From Ylistrum balloti (Eukaryota): a DNA stretch of 64,000 nucleotides. Shown piece after piece: positions 26,499-39,218 of the stretch. The notes beneath the pieces are model-generated. The model was not told where the DNA came from and searched no databases. It saw only the letters and a program-made list of their open reading frames with translations. The translations under genes were made by a program, and so were the position numbers. The stretch's first letter is position 1, and every line of letters starts with the position of its first letter. Where the stretch lies: NCBI RefSeq assembly GCF_031769215.1, contig NW_026782254.1:62001-126000 (forward strand), read 5' to 3'.

Positions 26499-28650
26499 TT
26501 GTCTCTAGGTAATCGACACCCTGTGACCCTAGATGTTGTCTCACGGGACACCCGTCATCACATAACACTTACTGTTGTCTCCTTAGACACCCGTCATCAC
26601 ATACCATTGACTGTTGTTTCCTTAGACTCTCGTCATCACATGACATTGACTGTTGTCTCCTTAGACACCCGTCATCACATATTATTGACTGTTGTCTCCG
26701 TAGACACCCGTCATCAGGTAACATTGACTGTTGTCTCCTTAGACACCCGTCAGCACATAACACTGACTGTTGTCTCCTTAGACACTCGTCATCACATATT
26801 ATTGACTGTTGTCTCCGTAGACACCCGTCATCAGGTAACATTGACTGTTGTCTCCTTAGACACCCGTCATCACATACCATTGACTGTTGTCTCCTTAGAC
26901 ACCCGTCATCACATACCATTGACTGTTGTTTCCTTAGACTCTCGTCATCACATACCATTGACTGTTGTTTACTTAGACTCTCGTCATCACATGACATTGA
27001 TTGTTGTCTCCTTAGACACCCGTCATCACGTAACACTGACTGTTGTCTCCTTAGACACCCGTCATCACATACCATTGACTGTTGTCTCCTTAGACACCCG
27101 TCATCACATACCATTGACTGTTGTCTCCTTAGACACCCGTCATCACGTAACATTGACTGTTGTCTCCTTAGACACCCGTCATCACATAACACTGACTGTT
27201 GTCTCCTTACATACCCGTCATCACATAACATTGACTGTTGTCTCCTTAGACACCCGTCATCACATAACACTGACTGTTATCTCCTTAGACACTCGTCATC
27301 ACATATTATTGACTGTTGTCTCCTTAGACACCCGTCATCACATAACACTGACTGTTGTCTCCTTACATACCCGTCATCACGTAACATTGACTGTTGTCTC
27401 CTTAGACACCCGTCATCACATAACACTGACTGTTATCTCCGTAGACACTCGTCATCACATATTATTGACTGTTGTCTCCGTAGACACCCGTCATCACGTA
27501 ACATTGACTGTTGTCTCCGTAGACACCCGTCATCACATACCATTGACTGTTGTTTCCTTAGACTCTCGTTATCACATGCCATTGACTGTTGTCTCCTTAG
27601 ACACCCGTCATCACATAACACTTATTGTTGTCTCCTTTGAAACCCGTCATCACATAACATTGACTGTTGTGTCCTTAGACACCCGTCATCACATAACATT
27701 TTCTGTTGTCTCCTTAGACACCCGTCATCATATGACATTGACTGTTGTCTCCTTAGACACCCGTCATCACATACCATTGACTGTTGTTTCCTTAGACACC
27801 CGTCATCTCATAACATAGACTGTTGTCTCCTTAGACTCTCGTCATCACATGCCATTGACTGTTGTCTCCGTAGACACCCGTCATCACATAACACTGACTG
27901 TTGTCTCCTTAGACACCCGTCATCACGTAACATTGACTGTTGTCTCCTTAGACACCCGTCATCACATAACACTTACTGTTGTCTCCTTAGACACCCGTCA
28001 TCACATAACACTGACTGTTGTCTCCTTTGAAACCCGTCATCACATAACATTGACTGTTGTGTCCTTAGACACCCGTCATCACATAACATTTTCTGTTGTC
28101 TCCTTAGACACCCGTCATCACATGACATTGACTGTTGTCTCCTTAGACTCTCGTCATCACATGACATTGACTGTTGTCTCCTTAGACTCTCGTCATCACA
28201 TGCCATTGACTGTTGTCTCCGTAGACACGTGTCATCACATAACACTGACTGTTGTCTCCTTAGACACCCGTCATCACATAACACTGACTGTTGTCTCCTT
28301 ACATACCCGTCATCACGTAACACTGACTGTTGTCTCCTTAGACACCCGTCATCACGTAACATTGACTGTTGTTTCCTTAGACTCTCGTCTGTTGTCTCCG
28401 TAGACACCCGTCATCATTGACTGTTGTCTCCTTAGACACCCGTCATCACGTAACATTGACTGTTGTTTCCTTAGACTCTCGTCATCACATGCCATTGACT
28501 GTTGTCTCCGTAGACACCCGTCATCACGTAACATTGACTGTTGTCTCCTTAGACACCCGTCATCACATATTATTGACTGTTGTCTCCGTAGACACCCGTC
28601 ATCACGTAACATTGACTGTTGTCTCCTTAGACCCTCGTCATCACATGCCA
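26499..28650. repeat. 39-bp minisatellite (about 55 units), intronic
   Basis: Unit cgtcatcacataacattgactgttgtctccttagacacc; gives 13-aa periodic ORFs on both strands. Confidence 0.96.
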
Positions 28651-28949
28651 TGGTGAACGTGTAGTTAAGTTACTAATTAATGAGATATTCAGAAGATTTT
28701 GTCACTTTTCCCGTCTTTTTGAAAATTATGTTTATATTTATCATCTTTTCCATTTGATATATATTTTTGTATTTCATATGATTATCTTATTGAGCCTTCA
28801 AGACCAGTTAAGGATAGTGGTTTTGGAAAGCATCTTGTTTTGTAAACACAACTAATAATAAGAATAATATGATTATCTACATTGAATCGGATTCAATTTT
28901 CCTCATGTTTACCAAATATAAATGTCTCTTTATTAAAAGAAAAAGGGAT

Positions 28950-30245
28950 AAATAATGAATCTAACAAGGTTTCAAAGTTTGTTATCAGGTTTTGTACCTG
29001 AATGCATTCCCATAAAGCATGTTCAATGGTTTCTATTTCTGACTTACAAAAATAACAATAGGTATTATCTACTAATCCTGCTCTATGTAGATATAAGTTA
29101 GTTGTTAAGATGTGCTGATTAATTCTGTTTTGGAACCACTGTAATTTTGTATTTTTTGTTACTTAAAAAGGCATTTTATAAATATTTCTCCAGATATTAT
29201 CAGTAAAGTCAACCCACCTCTTTCTACCTGTTGACACAGTATCATCTTTACTAAATAAACTATAAAAATCTTGTCCCTTTCTTGTGTTTTAAAAAAAATA
29301 TTTGTATATTGCTGGGTATAAAAGGATAACTTACATTTTCTAACTCTTGTTCTTGTACCTGAGACAGGTGTCCATTAATAGCAGAAATCAGACCTTGATA
29401 CTGAAGAAAATTTGTTGCAATGTTAAAAACTTGTCTGATTTCTTGTAAAGTATAATGGAGTTATCTCCCTTGTATTGATTTTCACTTACTTTGACTAATT
29501 TGTTCCATGTATTAAATACATCTTTCCAAAATAGGTTTTTGCTTATTTTTTCACATTTTAAATTATAATCACTTCCAAATTTTGCTAAAATGTCTATATT
29601 TATATAAGTTTTTAAAATTTCCTGCCATTTACCTGATGTAATGCACAACCTTCTTATCCATGTTCATTTCAAAGAATCTATAAGGACTTTAAATGTATCA
29701 TTTTGAACCCACCATCTGTATAATTCTTTATTACTATATCCCTTTTAGTTTAATCTACCTTGCTTTTCCATAAGAAGTTGAATAATTCTGTGTTAAGGTT
29801 TTTAAGAAAATACTCATCTGGTTTTGGTATTGCAATCAATAGGTGATTTAATTACGAAATAAGCAATGATTTTATGATATGAATTCTACCTATTGGTGTA
29901 GTAATTCTCCAAGACCAAGTATTTTAACTAGTTTTTTTTTTTATCATAATTCAGTCTAGGGATGAGGTGTAAATCTACATGAAAGTTGATGCCAAGAACA
30001 TTAAATGCTTTAATTCCCCACTTTGATTTCCATTCTGGATATAGAATTTCCTCTCTATATTTTTTACTCCCTATCCATATAGCCGGAGATTTTGATATGA
30101 TAATTTTCAAACCTGAGATTTTTACGAAATTATTTAGTTCATTTAATGCTTCTTTCAGAGAAATTTAAGTTCCATCTAAAATTAAAGAGGTATCACCAGC
30201 ATACTGAGATATTAAAATGGGACAATTATTTATACCGATACCCTT
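28950..30245 (-). mobile_element. 5'-truncated degraded L1/Tx1-type LINE (RT C-half to C-terminal Cys region), antisense in GPCR intron
   Basis: Minus strand reads ILISQYAGDTSLILDG (decayed YADD), KSPAIWIGS, TPIGRIHIIKSLLIS, DGGFKMI, FWKDVFNTW and ETIEHALWEC. Confidence 0.85.
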
Positions 30246-30449
30246 TACCTGTTATTTCTTATTGCTAGTACCTCTGGATCTAGACTTGTAGTGTAGTTTC
30301 ACTGAGTAAGGTTGCCCAAGCACTTAAACACAGGGCTACTTATTTTTTTTATATCTCGGTTTTCTCTTATTAATTGCTTTTCCTATCCAAAGTTATTTTT
30401 GTTGATATTCCTGTTTATGGACGAAACCGAATTCTTGATTCGGTTTTAG

Positions 30450-30560
30450 GAGAACATCTAAGTACAGAAGAGCAAACTTGTCGGCAAAACACATCCCGTC
30501 AACTTGTGGAATATAGCTGTTGTATAAAATGTCAAGAGAGACCTACAGGAGTCGGCTGTG
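30450..30560 (+). CDS. Predicted symmetric phase-1 Cys-rich exon of the LRR-GPCR
   Basis: ggttttag| 111 nt |gtaagt, open frame GEHLSTEEQTCRQNTSRQLVEYSCCIKCQERPTGVGC; phase 1 at both ends fits both neighbouring exons. Confidence 0.6.
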
Positions 30561-33212
30561 GTAAGTTTTACTGTTACATAGTAATGATTCTGTCGTAACG
30601 TTACCTATCATTTCGTGATGGTCATAGCAAACAAGCAAATACAAATTTAGAATCCAATACAGCAGAGTCGAATAATGAAGCTAACTACACTATACAGTTG
30701 AGCTGTTTTCATAGGACTCAACGGTGATGCAAAGGGTTTCAACTTTGAGATCTAGAATGTGACTAAAGAAACCAACTCACACATTTTGTAATATTCATCT
30801 GATAATTTTGAAATATACATTTGTATGTTCTGAAATGAGCCACTAGAATGAATTTTAATTCTTATTTGGGAACATGACATTGCTTACACAGTCGGCATTA
30901 TCAATGAAGACACTTACTCTTTAGGAACACCTGGTCTTATCACTTACGATTCCACTTAGATTTTGAATTATGATTGTGTTGACACGTCCTCAACATCTTT
31001 GAATTTATAAAAACTATTTTTGTGAATACCACACTGAAAAATATTTTTGAAACTATATGAAAATAATGGTATCTACTTATGCTCTGATATTTTCGATAAC
31101 TCACTATTTTTCAGAATATCAAATGACATTTCAGTATATATTAACATTATACCAACAAGTACCTTATGAAAATAATATTGGGTAGAAACGTTATCACGAT
31201 GAAGTTTAAGTGGTCAAACAGAAATTGAATATGAAAAAAAAAAGACAAAATGAAACATAATCAGAATTACATACTCAAAAATATGGCACTCAACAACAAG
31301 CCATAAATGAAAATATGTCAGGAACGTTTTCTCTTCGAGACAAAAATAGGTTTAGACGACAAATTTAAACAAATACGTTGGTTTGTGAACACTTTCTTCA
31401 CTTGCTGCCCCTGAAACTTATCAGGGTTTGATGCAACTCTTAATGTAATAACGGCGCTGTATTACAATAAACGTTGCAACAGCTACGCTAAATATAATAA
31501 AGTTATGATTATAATTAGATTAATTATTAGAATGCCATCAAACCTTGCATGTGGTTAAAATGCCAGTTACCTCACTGTTTGTATGCATACACATTATGAT
31601 GATCCCCGTCAGCCGTGTCATATCAAAGACGTTTAAAATGGCACTTGAAGCTTCCCCCCATTTAAACATTAATACTGCAAGGAGCAAGGAACTAAACGGC
31701 CTGGAGTCAGTATAACGGTGTGGGTAGTGGGTTGGGTACATGTATTGTGTCTGCCATGCATGCCATGTACCTATGATATTATCTGCAAATGACTCAAGCT
31801 GTTGCGCGGACGTTAATAGACAATACAACACAACTTTCAAGGTCACGGAATCAAAGGGTTATTGCTTTGTGTTGCTCCTTTGTTATGTTGTTGCTAATAT
31901 ATAGTTGCATTGATACGACCTTTCGAAAATAGCTTCTTTTGTAGTCAAAATGCATCACAATATTTCTTAACACCAACATATTGTGTTTGAAAAAATATTC
32001 GCTTTTTTGGAAGGTCACAGGTTTTGGCTGTACCTTTTAGATTAAGAATAAGAATTTACACGTGATCAAATTGTATATAATCATCTTTTTAATGATCAAC
32101 ACTGCATAACATAACATCGCAATATTGTATTCATGGAAACCTAGTCTCCTCACAGATCACAGTTGAAGATACAATGTAATCTGGCTAAATAATAAAACAA
32201 ATTTTACACAAACCATTCATGATCAACAAGATAGATGTGATTTTAAACAACTTAGAGGCTTAGAGGCATGTGCCAGTACAACATCCATATGCTTTTAAGG
32301 CAACAAGAACTTCATCGTTATATGGTGAAGGTCTGTAAGTGAGTAATAGTATCACAGTACAAACATCGATTAATTGTACCAGCCCTACATCATACATAAC
32401 GCTACACAATTGAAAATGTGCACATGTAAAATTGTTACAATCTTCATATTTGCTAAATTTGTACTTTTGCTCTTAATCGTGCTTGGCCTAGAGTTTTTTA
32501 CTTACTTTATCTTACGTTTACTATGTTAAAAAGGCCTGGAAACCAAATGCAAATGCAAAACTACACATGGCGATGACCACTTAAAGGCCTACCACTTTTT
32601 GTTGTATAGTAAGCGATTGCATGCACTACATTTCTCCTAGTCCATAAAGGGGCATTGCTCCATGAAAGTATTTGAAGCGAAAGCTAATCACAATTAATTG
32701 TAATGCAATAAGTATTACATTTGTGGTAGCAGTTAGCAATACATGTCCTGCCGTTAATATAATAATTTCCTAAAGACTCGAAAATGATACTACACACGGA
32801 TCTGTCATTAACCGTTATCAAACTTGTTCGAATAGTCCAAAACTTACATGTTTACTATTCACTGTTTGGCATTCCAAATATTTGATCTCGAGCAATGCTG
32901 ACGAGAAATTTATATCTGAAATGTGCACATACACTGCACCAAAATTAGTACTGGTGTCATCAATGTTTATTATTACAAGTAATAAGGGTAGCGATGCAGT
33001 CCCTACCGTTAATGTAATAATTATTACAGTCCCTACTGCTAAGCGTAATGGTTGCAACGCTTAATGTAACTATTATTACATTAGCGTCGTTATTAAATTA
33101 AGAGTTGCGTCAGGGTTTAGATTATAACAATTCTTGAAACTGTAGAAGTAAATAATAATGAAAGTATTGTTCATATACAGCGTTGTAGCAGGATACTATT
33201 TGTTTGTTGCAG

Positions 33213-35435
33213 AGCCATACAGCTGTATTGGAATCCATGCTTGCTCGTCCCTACAGGAACCATCTCGACGTCTTGATCTCCATAACAGTCATATTTCCGC
33301 CCTTCCTTCTAATGTTTTCGATGGACTTGTTGATCTTGTTTTTCTTGACCTTTCCTACAATAATATTTCAATTTTACGTCAAGATGTTTTCAATGGACTA
33401 TTAAGTCTTACTCATATAAATCTGTCCTATAGTAACATTAGCTCTCTCTCCTATAAGGCGTTCAGGGGATTGACGAACCTTACTCATCTTAACCTGAACA
33501 GAAATAATATCGGCTTTCTTCCTCAAAATGTGTTCAAAGGACTGTTGAATCTTGTTGTTCTCAACTTGTATGATAATAAGATAGCTGATCTTCCATATAA
33601 AGTGTTTGATGATGTTTCCTCACTAAATTATGTCAGCCTCGGTTTGAACAACATAACAACCATTCGATCCATGCTGTTCAGTGAACTATCTCAACTGACT
33701 TATCTCGACTTGTCAAGAAATAAGCTAACAATTCTGAATCGAAATGCGTTCAGAGGGCTGTCGAGTCTGTTTCATCTCTACCTGCATGACAACAAGTTAG
33801 CGGATCTTCATCATGAGGTGTTTGATGAGCTATCCTCTCTAATTAGTCTCGCCTTGGACAATAACAAGTTAACTGATCTCCCAGATTATATATTTAACAA
33901 GCTGACGAATTTGAGATATTTCAATTTGGTAAGAAATAAACTAGTCAATATTACTTTCAATGTGTCGCCCAAACTCATAAAACTGTATTTTACACACAAT
34001 AATATACATATTCTTCCTTTTAACATATTTCGCGACCTTTCTGAACTTACTGTCCTTCACCTTGCTTATAATAACTTAGTAACTTTCCCATCTGATATGT
34101 TCAATGGTTTGTCTGCACTGAGATATCTTTATCTTAACAACAATGGTATCACGGTTCTGCCACACAATGTCTTCAGAGAACTACCTAATCTAACTTATCT
34201 CGACTTGTCCGATAATAAGATAGTGATAATACCAATTAATCTATTTATGGGACTGTCTGATCTTACTTTCCTACACATGCACCATAACAAAATCCCGAAG
34301 CTGCCCTACGGTGTATTTTCTAGAATGGGTGTAGATGGCAAACGATATAACTGGGACAATAAGTCCACAGTTGAATCTGCTCCGCCTTATAACATTCAAG
34401 AACTGGACATCTCCTATAATAGATTGACACATTTACCACGTCTACCGGATAACCTTTCACATCTAAACATCATCGGTAACAATATAGATGTGACAGAACG
34501 TATGTTTGAGGGTTTGGATAATCTGAAGATGTTGTTCACTGATATCCCCTTTATGTGTTGTGTTAAACCACCTTCAGTTGATGACAATAATTGCTTTAAA
34601 ACAAAGTATTCATTATGGCAATGCACTTTTTATCCTGGTCGTTGTAAATCAGAAAATGATGCGATATCATCTTGTTTTGCCCTGATAGGTTCGACTTTAC
34701 TAAGAGTTTGTCTCTGGATAATAGGAATGTGTTCTTTAATTGGAAACTTAGCCGTAATAGTGTATAGACTTCACATCGACAAAGATAATATTACAAAAAA
34801 CTATTCGCTCTTCACTGTGAATTTAGCCATGTCTGATTTACTTATGGGTGTTTATCTATTCATAATAGGAGTTATTGATGTTTATTACGATGGTGTATAC
34901 GCCTGGAACAACAATAGATGGAGAAACAGTGTTTTGTGTACTGCAGCAGGTATCTTGTCGAGTGTGTCAAGTGAGATGTCGACATTCCTGATATTAATGG
35001 TTACAATAGACAGATTAATTGCCATCATGTTTCCTCTGTCCCGTCTCTCTCGGTGGAGAAATTCCTGGAAACTCTCATTACTTGTGTTAGTTTCCTTATG
35101 GATAGTTTCAATCATTCTTGCAACCATCCCTATTGTAGCTAGTCAGTCTTACTTCAAAGGGGAATTCTACTCTCAGTCGAGTGTTTGTCTTGGCCTTCCT
35201 CTCACAGCAGAGCAGCGACCAGGCACTGAGTATTCATTTGCTGTATTTGTATGCCTCAACAGCGCCGTGTTTACCGTAATTGTCGTAGGTCAAATTTGTA
35301 TCTGGAAAGGCATGAGGGAGAGTCGACGACGCATTTCATCATCACAGAATCGAGAACGAGAGACGGCTGTTGCAAGGACTCTTTTCTTCGTGGTAGCGAC
35401 AGACTTTTGTTGTTGGTTTCCCATTGGTGTAATGG
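33213..35435 (+). CDS. LRR-containing rhodopsin-class GPCR (type C LGR; RXFP/GRL101-like), large exon: about 17 LRRs, hinge, TM1-TM6
   Basis: Canonical LxxLxLxxNxI repeats; hinge PFMCCVKP...AISSCFALIG; TM2 NLAMSDLLMGVYL; TM3 LCTAAGILSSVSSEMS...TIDR; FYSQSSVCLGLP; TM6 TDFCCWFPIG. Acceptor tttgtttgttgcag ends at 33212 (phase 1); donor g|gtacgt. The in-frame ATG at 33158 is an alternative start. Confidence 0.93.
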
Positions 35436-35691
35436 GTACGTTTGTGAGCTTTTCATTAAATAGTAAAACCTCCGCTTAGAAAGGGGCAGGTAATAATCAG
35501 TGCATTTGTGCAAACTTTGGTGGACAAGATATGCCAGAAACCTTTAACAGATCTAGCTCATCATTACAGCAGTTCCGGAGTATACTCCTGAGTTTATTTG
35601 TCATCTGAAACAGTTGAATGTGAAAGCTCAACCAGTTTGGAAATATGGATATTGTGTACAAGGTGTAGCATTAACCTCTGGAGAGATTTCA

Positions 35692-36380
35692 TATTCATAC
35701 CACCATGCTGTGGTCACTTGTCGAGGTTAATGTCCACCATATTCACACCACCATGCTGTGGTCACTTGTCGAGGTTAATGTCCACCATATTCACACCACC
35801 ATGCTGTGGTCACTTGTCGAGGTTAATGTCCACCATATTCACACCACCATGCTGTGGTCACTTGTCGAGGTTAATGTCCACCATATTCACACCACCATGC
35901 GGTGGTCACTTGTCGAGGTTAATGTCCACCATATTCACACCACCATGCGGTGGTCACTTGTCGAGGTTAATGTCCACCATATTCACACCACCATGCGGTG
36001 GTCACTTGTCGAGGTTAATGTCCACCATATTCACACCACCATGCGGTGGTCACTTGTCGAGGTTAATGTCCACCATATTCACACCACCATGCGGTGGTCA
36101 CTTGTCGAGGTTAATGTCCACCATATTCACACCACCATGCTGTGGCCACTTGTCGATGCTGATGTCCACCATATTGAGGGTAATGTCCACCATATTCACA
36201 CCACCATGTGGTCACTTGTCGAGGTTAATGTCCACCATATTCACACCACCATGCTGTGGTCACTTGTCGAGGTTAATGTCCACCATATTCACACCACCAT
36301 GCTGTGGTAACTTGTCGATGCTGATGTCCACCATATTCACACCACCATGCTGTGGTCACTTGTCGAGGTTAATGTCCACC
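35692..36380. repeat. 48-bp minisatellite (about 14 units) in the GPCR intron
   Basis: Unit caccatgctgtggtcacttgtcgaggttaatgtccaccatattcacac; lies between donor 35436 and acceptor 36687. Confidence 0.95.
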
Positions 36381-36687
36381 ATTGGCTGGTTTCGAAATGA
36401 TCGTGTAAAAGATATGGACTCTTCACTAGGTTTTGTTGATGATAAAAAAAAATCAGATAAAGGAGATAAGCTTTTCAAAGGTCCTGTTCTTTGTTTTACA
36501 TCACATCCAATAAAAGTCCATATTATGTCTTTACCAGATATATGATGCGGTAACAGATTCTTACAATGCCAATATCCAGGATTCTTGTTTCAAACAAGAC
36601 ATTTCGTAAATGTCAAGAAATGTCTTTTCTTGTCCATGACAAAGTTGATATTTAGTGTTACAATTAAATGCTATCGATTTATTTCAG

Positions 36688-36821
36688 GAGTGGCATCAAA
36701 GTGTGGGGTAGAAATCCCGAATGGAGTGTACGCCTGGGTGATGGTGTTCGTGTTGCCTATCAATGCCGCCATCAATCCGTTTCTGTACACTGCTACAGCT
36801 GTGTGGAGGAAACGACGAACG
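36688..36821 (+). CDS. LRR-GPCR exon encoding ECL3 and TM7
   Basis: tttcag|GVASKCGVEIPNGVYAWVMVFVLPINAAINPFLYT...RKRRT|gtaagt; contains the NPxxY motif; phase 1 fits the upstream donor. Confidence 0.9.
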
Positions 36822-37083
36822 GTAAGTTGATATTGATATCACAGGTAACAGCATACGTAAGATTACATCCGTGTTGTTTTTTTTATTATACCAATTTTGA
36901 CGGAGGTCACTGTCTATTACGGAGCACTATGTCTTATGTTTTTACAAGGACTTCCGAGTTAATATTTATTTTCTGTGAAGTTTGCCTTTGTTTTACTAGT
37001 TTTAGGTCTTTCGGAGCTATTTCGATATATGCTCGGTTTTGGCGTTGCATGAATTAATATTGACATTTTTCTTTTTCTTGAAG

Positions 37084-37638
37084 ATCTTAATAAAGATAAC
37101 ATCATCGACACGACCAAAGCACCTGCCGTCTGCAAGTATCGATATTCAGACAACGCCAGTCGGCAGAGATATTGTGGCCAGTACTGATATTCAGACAACG
37201 CCAGTCGGCAGAGATGTTGTGACCAGTACTGATATTCAGACAACGTCAGTCGGTAGTGATGTTGTGGCCAGTACTGATATTCAGACGTCAGTCGGCAGAG
37301 ATGTTGTGGCCAGTACTGATATTCAGACAACGTCAGTCGGCGGAGATGTTGTGGCCAGTACTGATAGTCAGACAACGCCAGTCGGCAGAGATGTTGTGAC
37401 CAGTACTGATATTCAGACAACGTCAGTCGGCAGAGATGTTGTGGCCAGTACTGATATTCAGACGTCAGTCGGCAGAGATGTTGTGGCCAGTACTGATATC
37501 CAGACAACGCCAGTCGGTAGAGATGTTGTGGCCAGTACTGATAGTCAGACAACGCCAGTCGGCAGAGATGTTGTGACCAGGACTGATATTCAGACAACGC
37601 CAGTCGGCAGAGATGTTGTGACCAGTACTGATATATAG
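37084..37638 (+). CDS. Candidate terminal exon: Ser/Thr-rich repetitive cytoplasmic tail
   Basis: Pyrimidine-rich acceptor tttttctttttcttgaag, phase 0, matching the TM7 exon donor; open frame ILIKITSSTRPKHLPSA followed by 11 copies of STDIQTT(P/S)VGRDVV(A/T). Confidence 0.55.
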   Translation: MLIKITSSTRPKHLPSASIDIQTTPVGRDIVASTDIQTTPVGRDVVTSTDIQTTSVGSDVVASTDIQTSVGRDVVASTDIQTTSVGGDVVASTDSQTTPVGRDVVTSTDIQTTSVGRDVVASTDIQTSVGRDVVASTDIQTTPVGRDVVASTDSQTTPVGRDVVTRTDIQTTPVGRDVVTSTDI

Positions 37639-37832
37639 ACAACGTCAGTCGGCAGAGATGTTGTGGCCAGTACTGATATTCAGACAACATCAATCGGCAG
37701 AGATGTTGTGGCCAGTACCGATATTCAAACAACGCCATTCGGCGGAGATGCTGTGACCAGTACTGATATTCAGACAACGCCAGTCGGCTGAGATGCTGTG
37801 ACCAGTACTGATATTCACACATCGCCAGTCGA
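37135..37832 (+). repeat. 45-bp tandem repeat (about 15 units, with 42-bp variants)
   Basis: Unit agtactgatattcagacaacgccagtcggcagagatgttgtggcc; the length variants seen are 3-nt deletions. Confidence 0.95.
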
Positions 37833-38619
37833 CAAATAAAATGCGGCAGAAAACACCAATGGGTATAGAACTGATACAAGTGTTTGAACGATGTCCGTCA
37901 GTCAATACCACGTTAACTTGTAAATGTTCGGACGTACTTTACAAAAAACAAAATGTCATAACGACGGCGACATTTTGTATTGCTTTTGGAATTTTGACGA
38001 AACTTTTTGTACCGTAATATGCATATATTTTCATGGTTTCCTATTGTTATTCGTCTATACATTTGGAATGGACAACTTCATAACACAATGTAACATTTGC
38101 ATATTCATTATTGTAGATATAAAATATTGGAATGTGAATTCATGTTTCCCTCATACCGCCTACTAATAGAGCTTGTAAGTTACATCATGTTAATTAAGTT
38201 TAACGGATTGACTGAAAATTATTTTCTGATTTTTGGTCCGAACTTAAGAGCGCGATTGGTCTTACTCTTAAAGTTTGTGCAAATTATCAGATTCCTGTTT
38301 ACAACCAAATCGAGGAATCGAACCCTGGACAACTAGGTAAAGACATGTCTGTTAACACTGCGTCATTCGACCAAATAGGATTGTAATTGGACTTGTAATT
38401 ACCGCTTTGTTTCAAAATAAAATTCAGATATAGACGTTTTATTTTTTGTTTTTGAAAGGGGATCCAGGATCATATGAAGACGGTTTCAACGCATGATTGG
38501 CCAATTGGTTTGATAGTGTCATCAAACAGAGGTATGATAATCTGGTCACGCTAAAATGACGTTCGGTCACACTATACTGACAACGGGTAATCGTGTGAAT
38601 CTAGTTAGCACTGAGCGAT

Positions 38620-38850
38620 ACTTAGCTCAAGGCCAAACCGTGGAATTTGCTCTGTGATGTGGCATCCGCCCTTCCGTCCGTCTGTCAACAATATTTGTTA
38701 TCACTATTTCTTAAGATGTACTGAATTGATATCTCTCAAATTTCATACGTATGTCCCATTTGGTCTCTCCTTGTGCCCTTTTGATTTTGGGACTGATGAG
38801 AAGAAACCTAATGGATCCCAGGCGGCCATTTTCGACTTGGCAGGTAAAGA
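38620..38850 (+). mobile_element. Non-autonomous Helentron/HINE (pearl-like) remnant
   Basis: ttagctc-type start, ccgtccgtctgt microsatellite seed, then one core unit (tttgattttggg...ggcggccatttt) similar to the units at 55060-55690. The family assignment is from recalled bivalve HINE architecture. Confidence 0.5.
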
Positions 38851-38945
38851 TTATTTTTGCTATATCTGCAAAGGAATGTTCAAATATCTTATCATTATGA
38901 GTAAAAACAGGGAAAAGAGAGGAAAAGATCCAGATTTCTAAGTGC

Positions 38946-39218
38946 AAACAAAGATCAAACAATGATTGGCGCCAAGATCACTCAAACAAAGATCAAACAA
39001 TGATGGGCGCCAAGATCCTTCAAACAAAGATCAAACAATGATTGGCGCCAAGATCTCTCAAACAAAGTTCAAACAGTGATTGGCGCCAAGATCCCACAAA
39101 CAAAGATCAGACAATGATGGGCGCCAAGATCCCTCAAACAAAGATCAAACAATGATGGGCGCAAAAATCCCTCAAACAAAGATCACACAATAATGGGCGC
39201 CGAGATTCCTCAAACAAA
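38946..39218. repeat. 38-bp tandem repeat (about 7 units)
   Basis: Unit caaacaaagatcaaacaatgattggcgccaagatccct. Confidence 0.92.

Noticed and set aside
26499-28656. 439-aa and neighbouring periodic ORFs (RHHITLTVVSLDT)n
   Set aside because: A 39-bp unit without a stop in that frame; open on both strands, frameshifted near 27820 and 28390, and located in a predicted intron.
33055-33090. Near-perfect inverted repeat acgcttaatgtaa…ttacattagcgt
   Set aside because: Short and AT-rich, with no associated element ends; plausible by chance.
33158-33212. MKVLFIYSVVAGYYLFVA as the GPCR signal peptide
   Set aside because: Not excluded, but disfavoured: it ends in a strong acceptor in the same phase as two upstream exons, one of which has its own signal peptide.
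35598-36545. 315-aa and 201-aa Cys/His-rich repeat ORFs (metal-binding protein?)
   Set aside because: The 48-bp repeat lies between the TM6 donor and the TM7 acceptor; including it would split the 7TM bundle.
33158-36830. Assigning gene symbol GRL101 or RXFP1
   Set aside because: No LDLa module is visible and orthology cannot be shown without a phylogeny.
36959-37879. 306-aa minus-strand ORF
   Set aside because: Antisense reading of the 45-bp repeat; no independent start, domain or splice support.
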